NCBI GenBank assembly: GCA_030598625.1
Contig: JAUVPO010000001.1
Span: forward strand, 1-34,057
Reading direction: 5' to 3'
Length of the DNA: 34,057 nt
Source: Deferribacteres bacterium
GTDB lineage: Bacteria; Nitrospirota; Thermodesulfovibrionia; UBA6902
A model generated the notes under the pieces. That model was not told where the DNA came from, made no database searches, and was given only the letters and a program-made list of their open reading frames with translations. Shown piece after piece: positions 27,760 through 34,057 of the stretch. A program made the position numbers and the translations under genes. Position 1 is the stretch's first letter. Every line of letters starts with the position of its first letter.

Positions 27760-29001
27760 TTAATCGTGGATTAACTCCTCAAACTCGCCCCTGAATTTCC
27801 TGATCATTGTACCAATGGACATTGCCGCGGCATCGCCCATCGGGCACAGCGTAGAGCCCCTCATATAGCGACACAATCTCATTACCATCTCAAGATCGTT
27901 TGAACTCCCCTGCTCCATTACTATACGGTCCATCAAAATCTTGATCATGTTCAGTCCTTCCCGGCAGGGCGTACACTGGCCGCATGATTCATGGGCATAA
28001 AACTTCGCCGCCTTTTGGGCGATAAGGGGGATAGAAGCGTCTTCATCAATAACAATAACACCTCCTGTGCCGAGCATCGAACCCACCGCGGCAAGAGACT
28101 CGAAATCCATTTCAAGATCAATCTCATCCGCCAGGAGAATCGGGGAAGAAATGCCTCCCGGTATTACTGCTTTTAAGCCTTTATTGCCTTTTATGCCCCC
28201 TGCAAACTCATAGATCAGACTCTTTAAAGATATCCCCAGCGGACATTCGAAAGCGCCAGGCTTATTGACATGACCGGAGACCCCAAAGACTCTTGTGCCA
28301 TAGCTTCTGGGCTTTCCAATGGCCCTGAAGGCATCAGGCCCGTTTTTAATGATAAACGGGATGCATGCCAGAGTCACAACATTATGGATCAGGGTCGGCT
28401 CGCCATAGAGTCCCGACAATGCAGGGAACGGAGGCTTCAACCTCGGCCGGCCCGCCCTGCCCTCAAGCGATTCCATAAGAGCGGTCTCTTCACCACAGAC
28501 ATATGAGCCTGCGCCCCTGAATACATCTATTTGAAAGGAATAACCGGAATCCAGTATATTGTCTCCAACAAAGCCTTTTGCCTCCGCATCTTCAAGCGCC
28601 TGCACAAGTATCTTCGCTATCCAGTCATACTCACCCCGGATATAGATAAATCCGAAATGCGCGCCGATCGCATAAGCAGTAACAGCCATCCCCTCTATTA
28701 ATTGATGCGGATTATACTGCATAATCTGCCTATCTTTGAAAGTTCCGGGTTCTCCTTCATCAGCGTTGCAGATAAGATATATTTTCCTTTCCCTGTCCTT
28801 TGGCAGAAATTTCCACTTTGTGCCTGCAGGGAACCCGCCTCCGCCCCTTCCCCTGAGCCCCGACTCTTCAACCATTGAAATCACCTCTTCCGGAGGCAAT
28901 GCAAACGTCTTCTCAAGCGCTCCATATCCACCCTGTCCCATGTACACATCGATAGAATCTAAATCAGGTATCTCTATATTTTTTAAAAGAATTGTCTCCA
29001 T
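27760..29001 (-). CDS. NuoF/HoxF-like NAD(H)-binding FMN iron-sulfur subunit (formate dehydrogenase diaphorase subunit)
   Basis: 413 aa. The FMN/NADH site is GLRGRGGGGFPAGTKWKF and the 4Fe-4S site is ESCGQCTPCREG. The ATG directly abuts the stop of the NuoE-like gene. Confidence 0.9.
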   Translation of the reverse strand: METILLKNIEIPDLDSIDVYMGQGGYGALEKTFALPPEEVISMVEESGLRGRGGGGFPAGTKWKFLPKDRERKIYLICNADEGEPGTFKDRQIMQYNPHQLIEGMAVTAYAIGAHFGFIYIRGEYDWIAKILVQALEDAEAKGFVGDNILDSGYSFQIDVFRGAGSYVCGEETALMESLEGRAGRPRLKPPFPALSGLYGEPTLIHNVVTLACIPFIIKNGPDAFRAIGKPRSYGTRVFGVSGHVNKPGAFECPLGISLKSLIYEFAGGIKGNKGLKAVIPGGISSPILLADEIDLEMDFESLAAVGSMLGTGGVIVIDEDASIPLIAQKAAKFYAHESCGQCTPCREGLNMIKILMDRIVMEQGSSNDLEMVMRLCRYMRGSTLCPMGDAAAMSIGTMIRKFRGEFEELIHD

Positions 29002-29481
29002 TTATCCCCCGACTTCCCGCCTCTTTATGGAATCGATTATTTCGTCCACCTTCCCGGTATCGAGATTCTCGTGGTACTCCATATTGATCTGCATCGCAGG
29101 CGCGTTACCACAGGAAGCCAGACATTCCACAGCCACTATGCTAAATAACCCGTCCGGTGTTATCTCCCCCTCATGAATATTAAGCTTTTTTGAAAGGTAG
29201 TCGAAAATGGCGTCGCTGCCGAGTAACGCGCAAACAACATTAGTACATACCTGGATATGATATTTACCCGCGGGTTTTAACCTCAGCATTGTGTAAAAAC
29301 TCGCCGTGCTAAAAATCCGCGCCTCCGGAACATCCAAAATTCCGGATATATCTTTTAAATCATTTTCACTAATGTAACCTTTTCTTTTTTGCAATAAAGT
29401 AAGCACGGGCAGAAGCGCCGATTCTTTTTTCGGGAACCTGCCTATCAGCCTGTTTATGGTCTCTTTTACTTCCTCAGTCAT
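29002..29481 (-). CDS. NuoE/HoxE-like [2Fe-2S] thioredoxin-fold subunit
   Basis: 159 aa. The Cys pattern VCTNVVCALLG...VECLASCGNAP is typical of the 24-kDa subunit family. Confidence 0.9.
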   Translation of the reverse strand: MTEEVKETINRLIGRFPKKESALLPVLTLLQKRKGYISENDLKDISGILDVPEARIFSTASFYTMLRLKPAGKYHIQVCTNVVCALLGSDAIFDYLSKKLNIHEGEITPDGLFSIVAVECLASCGNAPAMQINMEYHENLDTGKVDEIIDSIKRREVGG

Positions 29482-29496
29482 ATTTATTTCCGAAAC

Positions 29497-32190
29497 TTAT
29501 GCCTTCTCCAGGCGTATCGCGCACGCCTTGTACTCAGCTGTTCCGGCAACAGGGTCAAAGGCATTATTCGTCAGCACATTAGCGCATGCCTCATGAAAGT
29601 GAAAGCTCATAAAGCAGACGCCTTCAGACACCCTTTCCGTCACCCATGCCTTTACTTTAACTTTGCCCCTTCGTGAAACAGCCCACACGTAATCACCATC
29701 CCTTATATCAAGTCTCCCCGCATCTTCCATGCTTATTTCAATTAATTCCTCGGGAAATATCTCCTCAAATCCTGCCGACCTCCTTGTCTGTGTAGCCGTA
29801 TGGTAATGCCACAGTCTTCTTCCGGTCGTGAGTGTAAAAGGATATTCCTTATCAGGGACCTCTGCAGGAGGTCTCCATTGCGCAGGAAGAAACTTTGCCT
29901 TGCCGCGAGGGAATTTACCGTCTCTGTAAAGATAACGCGTCCCTTTATGTTGAATGTCGGGACAGGGCCACTGAATGCCCTCATGCTCGATCCTTTCATA
30001 AGTAATGCCGGACATGCTGGGGGTCAGTCTGAGTATCTCTTCCCATATCTGTTCAGTTGATTCGTATTCCATGTCATAGCCCATACGTTTTGAAAGTTCG
30101 CTGATAATCCACCAGTCATCCCTTGCCTGCCCCGGTGGTTCAACCGCCTTTTTTACACGCTGGATACGTCTTTCAGTGTTTGTAAACGTCCCCTCTGTTT
30201 CGGCAAAACATGTCGCAGGTAAAACAACATCCGCATATATCGCGGTTTCATTCAGAAAGATGTCCTGCACAACAAGGAGATCAAGCTTCTTGAGCGCATC
30301 GATCGTATGGGCCTGGTTCGGTTCAGACATCACAACATTTTCACCGTAAAGATAGAGCGCCCTGATATCGTTGTTGAGCATACCGTCGAACATGGCGGGT
30401 ATCTTTGTGCCCTCTCCATCCGGCAGAGATTTTACGCCCCATGCCCCGGCAAACTTCTCCCGCGTTTCCGGGTCTGCAACCTTCTGGTATCCGCTGAACA
30501 CATCAGGCAAGACCCCCATATCACACGCACCCTGAACATTGTTCTGTCCCCTCAGGGGATTAACGCCCGTACATTCGCTGCCTATATTCCCCAGGAGCAT
30601 TTGCAGGTTCGCACAGGTCTTGACATTGTCTGTACCGGTGATGTGTTCGGTAATTCCAAGGGTATAAAAAAGCGCCACTTTTTCAGCGGTGCCGAGGGTC
30701 CTTGCAAGCTCCCGGATTTCATCCGCCGCCAATCCGCATATACCGGAAGCGCGCTCCGGGGGGTATTCGTTCACCGTCCTTTCAAGCTCTTCAAATCCTT
30801 CGGTATATTTGGCTACAAATTCCCTGTCATGCCATCCGTTTTTGATAATCTCATACATCACCGCATTAAGAAGCGCTATGTCGGAACCTACCTTATGCCG
30901 GTAATGTCTGGTTGCCCAGCGCGTAAGGTCTATCTTTCTGGGGTCTGCCACTATAAGCCTGTTCCCCTTTTTTACGGACCTTTTCATACAATAGGATATA
31001 ACCGGATGGGCTTCCGTGGTATTGGAGCCGATTACAAAAATAACAGGGCAGTCTTCGATCTCACCTATTGAATTTGTCATTGCGCCCGCGCCTAAAGTAG
31101 CAGCCAGACCGGCCACAGTAGGCGCATGTCACGTACGGGCGCAGTGGTCGACATTATTTGTGCCGATTACCGCGCGCATGAATTTCATCATCACATAGTT
31201 GTTCTCATTCGTGGACCTTGCGCATCCAATCCCGACTATGGACTCAGGGCCGGAAGATTCCTTGATCCCGGACAGCCTTTTTGCCATAAAATTCAGCGCC
31301 TCATCCCAGCTTGCCTCAACAAGCTCTCCGTTTTTTCTTAAAAGAGGCGTTTTCAACCGCTCAGGCGAATGGACAAAATCACATCCAAACCTTCCCTTTA
31401 AGCACAAACTACCGTAATTCGGCGCCACATCCTCTATTCCGGTCACCTTAACAATTTCATTGTCCTTTACATGAAGGCGTATCCGGCAGCCGACACCGCA
31501 GTACGGACAGGTAGTCTCTATATTTTCCGTCTCCCAGTTCCTTGCCTTTCCAACGGACTTTTTTTCGATCAACGCGCCTGTCGGACAAAGCTGCACACAT
31601 TCTCCGCATATTACACAGGAAGACTGTCCAATGGGTTTATTTAAATCACAGACAACCGTCATCCGATTACTGCGAAATCCCATGTCCAGGACCTCATTAA
31701 CCACAATATTATTACATGCGGCAATGCACCGGTAACATTGAATACACTTGTTCATGTCCCTTATTATCATGGGACTTGATAAATCAACAGGGCAGTCTTT
31801 TTCCGCAATGGGGAAAGCGGGCCTTTCGATCCCGAGACGGTATGCAGTATCCTGAAGTTCGCAAACGCCGTTTGCTTCGCATGAAATGCAATTATGTTTT
31901 CCATTAGACAGGTACAACTCAACTATCATCTTCCTTGTCTCTATAATCCTTTCGGAAGCTGTAGTTATCACCATGCCGTCCCTTGCCAACAGCGAACAGG
32001 AAACCTGCAATCCCGGCAGACCTTCGACTTCAACAACACAAATCCTGCATTTACCTGCCTGCCCGGTTCTGGAATGATAACAAAGTGTGGGGATGTAAAT
32101 TCCGTTTTCTCTCGCTACATTCAGTACAGTAATTCCTTTATCAGCCTGAATCTCCCTGCCGTCGATGTTTAAAGCTATTCTATCTTTCAA
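29497..32190 (-). CDS. fdhA: Formate dehydrogenase catalytic subunit, selenocysteine-containing (897 aa, UGA-Sec at 31131..31129). It has a NuoG-like N-terminal 2Fe-2S/4Fe-4S region plus the Mo/W-bis-PGD domain.
   Basis: The track ORFs 31129..32190 and 29497..31116 are in the same frame. Reading through the TGA gives ...[38 protein letters not shown], matching the FdhF-type motif CARV-U-HGPSVAGL. The N-terminus carries ferredoxin-like Cys clusters (CRICVVEV, CISCEANGVCELQ, CIQCYRCIAAC, CVICGECVQLCPTGA, CPYCGVGC). Confidence 0.92.
31088..31125 (-). promoter_or_regulatory. Bacterial SECIS hairpin directing Sec insertion at the fdhA UGA
   Basis: The minus-strand RNA after UGA-CAU reads GCGCCUA-CU-GUGGCC-GGUCU-GGCUGC-UACUU-UAGGCGC. 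That is a 7-bp lower stem and a 6-bp upper stem (including G.U pairs). The apical GGUCU sits at +19..+23 after the UGA, the same sequence and distance as in E. coli fdhF as I recall it. Confidence 0.7.
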
Positions 32191-32214
32191 TTCAGATTTA
32201 ATATGAACAGCTGA

Positions 32215-33156
32215 TTACGGATCAGCCTTTAATTTCCTGAAATAATTAATGGTCTCTTTAAGCCCGTCTTCAAGCTTGACCTTCGGCCTCCATTTGAGAG
32301 CCTTCCCGGCAAGTTTGATGTCCGGCTTACGCTGGGTGGGATCATCCTGGGGCAACGGCTTATAAATAATTTTAGATTTCGATCCGGTCAATTCAATAAT
32401 CTTGCTGGCAAGTTCAAGTATACTGAATTCATCGGGATTACCGAGATTAACAGGCCCTGTAAAGTTATCGGGTGTGCCCATTAGTTTTACAAACCCGTCG
32501 ATCATGTCATCCATATAACAAAAACTCCTTGTCTGGCTTCCGTCACCATAAACGGTTATGGGTTTCCCTTTTAGCGCCTGCACAATAAAATTGCTGACGA
32601 CCCGACCATCATCCGGATGCATCCTCGGACCATAGGTATTAAATATCCGTGCGACTTTTATCCTTAATTTATGCTGACGGTGATAATCAAAGAAAAGGGT
32701 TTCAGCACACCGCTTTCCTTCATCGTAACACGAACGGAAGCCGACAGGGTTTACATTTCCCCAATAAGATTCCGGCTGGGGGTGTATCTCCGGATCGCCA
32801 TATACTTCAGAAGTAGAGGCCTGCAATATCTTTGCCTTTACCCGCTTGGCCAGTCCGAGCACATTGATGGAACCATGGACGGATGTCTTTGTTGTCTGGA
32901 CAGGATCAAACTGGTAATGTATCGGCGATGCCGGACACGCGAGGTTGTAAATCTCATCAACCTCAACATACAGAGGGAAACAGATATCATGCCGCAATAC
33001 TTCAAACAGGGGATTTTTAATGAAGTTCAAGATATTTGAACGCCTGCCTGTGTAGAAATTATCAACGCATAACACCTCGTGTCCTTCTCTCAACAATTTC
33101 TCACATAAATGCGAACCCAGAAATCCCGCACCACCCGTAACAAGTATTCTTTTCAT
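32215..33156 (-). CDS. UDP-glucuronate decarboxylase (UDP-xylose synthase) / NAD-dependent epimerase-dehydratase
   Basis: 313 aa. It has the Rossmann motif [21 protein letters not shown], the catalytic YDEGKR (YxxxK) and [12 protein letters not shown], characteristic of the UXS/ArnA-decarboxylase clade. Confidence 0.85.
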   Translation of the reverse strand: MKRILVTGGAGFLGSHLCEKLLREGHEVLCVDNFYTGRRSNILNFIKNPLFEVLRHDICFPLYVEVDEIYNLACPASPIHYQFDPVQTTKTSVHGSINVLGLAKRVKAKILQASTSEVYGDPEIHPQPESYWGNVNPVGFRSCYDEGKRCAETLFFDYHRQHKLRIKVARIFNTYGPRMHPDDGRVVSNFIVQALKGKPITVYGDGSQTRSFCYMDDMIDGFVKLMGTPDNFTGPVNLGNPDEFSILELASKIIELTGSKSKIIYKPLPQDDPTQRKPDIKLAGKALKWRPKVKLEDGLKETINYFRKLKADP

Positions 33157-33290
33157 CCAATCTTCCTTTCAGTTATGAATATTCTTAGTATCAGGAGTCT
33201 GTGCTATTTTAACACTTATAGTAATCGAATGTTTTCCTTATTTTCTTGAATCCTGAAAATAAATTCGTTTCAATCATAAAAATGGCTGTA

Positions 33291-33319
33291 TTGACGGATA
33301 ACAATAAAATGAGTAATAT
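33291..33319 (+). promoter_or_regulatory. Candidate sigma-70 promoter for the tRNA pair
   Basis: TTGACG (33291..33296), 17 nt, then TAATAT (33314..33319), ending 14 nt before the first tRNA nucleotide. Confidence 0.5.
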
Positions 33320-33333
33320 AATCAGGTAGTTTT

Positions 33334-33408
33334 TGGGGCGTCGCCAAGCGGTAAGGCACTGGGTTCTGGTCCCAGCATTCGGGGGTTCGAATCCTCCCGC
33401 CCCAGCCA
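33334..33408 (+). tRNA. tRNA-Gln (anticodon CUG), CCA encoded
   Basis: Manual cloverleaf. The acceptor stem is TGGGGCG/CGCCCCA (U1-A72). The D arm is GCCAAGCGGTAAGGC. The anticodon stem is CTGGG/CCCAG with loop TTCTGGT. The T arm is GGGGG-TTCGAAT-CCTCC, followed by discriminator G and CCA. It is nearly identical in layout to E. coli tRNA-Gln. Confidence 0.93.
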
Positions 33409-33426
33409 AATTTAGCTGTTTTATGC

Positions 33427-33502
33427 GGTCCCATCGTCTAGAGGTCCAGGACATAGCCCTCTCAAGGCTAAGACACGGGTTCGAGTCCCGTTGGGACTAC
33501 CA
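33427..33502 (+). tRNA. tRNA-Glu (anticodon CUC), CCA encoded
   Basis: The acceptor stem is GGTCCCA/TGGGACT (G1.U72 wobble), followed by U8. The D arm is GTCTAGAGGTCCAGGAC. The anticodon stem is TAGCC/GGCTA with loop CTCTCAA. The T arm is ACGGG-TTCGAGT-CCCGT, followed by discriminator A and CCA. Confidence 0.9.
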
Positions 33503-33512
33503 AAAAAGCCTG

Positions 33513-33550
33513 AAGCTATTAGCTTGGAGCTGATAGCTTTTATTTTCAAT
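33513..33550 (+). terminator. Rho-independent terminator after the tRNA pair
   Basis: The hairpin AAGCTATTAGCT-TGG-AGCTGATAGCTT spans 33513..33539. It has about 12 bp including one T.G pair, and is followed by TTATTTTCAATTTTT. Confidence 0.65.
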
Positions 33551-33607
33551 TTTTGTTATTTTCATAAAATTATTGATTATCCATAGAAAGGGTGAAAAGG
33601 TAAAAAG

Positions 33608-34057
33608 ATGTCAAAAACATATAACATTGCCGTTATACCGGGAGACGGCACCGGGCCCGAGGTTGTGGCGGAAGGAGTAAAGGTCCTCCAGGCCGTCTCA
33701 GGCAAGGCGGGATTCAAGGTCAATTTAGACTATTTAGACTTCGGCGGGGAAAATTACCTGAAAACAGGAGAAACCCTTCCGGACAGCGCAATTGAAGATC
33801 TGAAAAAATATGATTCCATTTATCTCGGCGCGATCGGACACCCGGACGTTAAACCTGGAATCCTTGAAAAAGGGATCCTTTTAAAACTGCGATTCAAACT
33901 TGACCAGTATATAAATTTAAGGCCGATCAAGCTCTATCCCGGTATCGACTGTCCTATCAAGGACAAAGGTCCCGAGCACATTGATTTTGTCGTTGTAAGG
34001 GAAAATACCGAAGGACTGTACGCGGGAGCCGGCGGCGTACTGAAGAAAGGCACTCCG
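33608..34057 (+). CDS. leuB: Isocitrate/isopropylmalate dehydrogenase family protein, probably 3-isopropylmalate dehydrogenase. N-terminal 150 aa only; it runs off the window.
   Basis: The ATG at 33608 opens MSKTYNIAVIPGDGTGPEVVAEG...GAIGHPDV...LRFKLDQYINLRPIK...VVVRENTEGLYAG, which is open to the window end. A tartrate/D-malate dehydrogenase assignment cannot be excluded from this fragment. Confidence 0.7.
   Translation, partial: MSKTYNIAVIPGDGTGPEVVAEGVKVLQAVSGKAGFKVNLDYLDFGGENYLKTGETLPDSAIEDLKKYDSIYLGAIGHPDVKPGILEKGILLKLRFKLDQYINLRPIKLYPGIDCPIKDKGPEHIDFVVVRENTEGLYAGAGGVLKKGTP

Noticed and set aside
30307-31071. 254-aa plus-strand ORF, plus 29800..30060, 30689..30904, 31016..31198, 31126..31341 and others
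   Set aside because: They are fully embedded antisense to the well-supported fdhA coding sequence. Their composition is Arg/Pro/His-rich, which is typical of reverse-frame artefacts.
33334-33502. Possibility that a tRNA near the Sec-FDH operon is selC (tRNA-Sec)
   Set aside because: The anticodons are CUG and CUC, not UCA. Both tRNAs have 7-bp acceptor stems and short variable loops, so neither is tRNA-Sec.
33209-33533. Track ORFs 33209..33454 (-) and 33333..33533 (+)
   Set aside because: They overlap two canonical tRNA cloverleaves. They are artefacts of an ORF scan over RNA genes.
1-34057. Searched by eye for CRISPR repeats, IS/transposase or integrase genes, toxin-antitoxin pairs, restriction or other defence genes, and long direct repeats
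   Set aside because: I found none. Intergenic regions are short (about 90 to 180 nt) apart from 4043..4445 and 8401..8864. The bS22-like ORF accounts for part of the second gap.

Overview
This 34 kb window is mostly core chromosome from an AT-rich, apparently anaerobic and motile bacterium. The gene content resembles Desulfobacterota or Nitrospirota, but that assignment is inference only. I found no CRISPR array, transposase, integrase, phage gene or recognisable defence gene.

Gene order, left to right:
- Signalling: a 3'-truncated methyl-accepting chemotaxis protein (-) with a near-consensus sigma-28 promoter, then a cytoplasmic PAS/HisKA_3 histidine kinase, a NarL-type response regulator (+), and a standalone Cys-rich 'two-CW' protein (+).
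- A long minus-strand block: smc, an unlisted 30-aa bS22-like micro-ORF, a 1398-aa double-activase/dehydratase fusion (PlsA/Ger-like), an EF-G2-type paralog, rseC-like, cimA, lysC, an ApgM-like protein (possible non-canonical homoserine kinase) and a PilZ protein.
- A small envelope set: an omptin-like barrel, DoxX and a lipoprotein.
- fabG-acpP-fabF-rnc-purM-purN (+).
- A soluble NuoE/NuoF-linked formate dehydrogenase (-), then UDP-glucuronate decarboxylase (-).
- tRNA-Gln(CUG) and tRNA-Glu(CUC) (+), then a 5' partial leuB-like gene (+).

Features the ORF track does not show:
1. The two ORFs 31129..32190 and 29497..31116 are one selenocysteine FdhA, joined by an in-frame UGA with a SECIS hairpin.
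2. The bS22-like micro-ORF at 8590..8682.
3. The two tRNAs and both edge-truncated genes.
4. A nested roughly 100-nt hairpin at 4206..4307.

I did not recognise a clear-cut novel multi-gene system. The most open questions are the orphan activase-dehydratase fusion and the two-CW protein with its upstream RNA structure.
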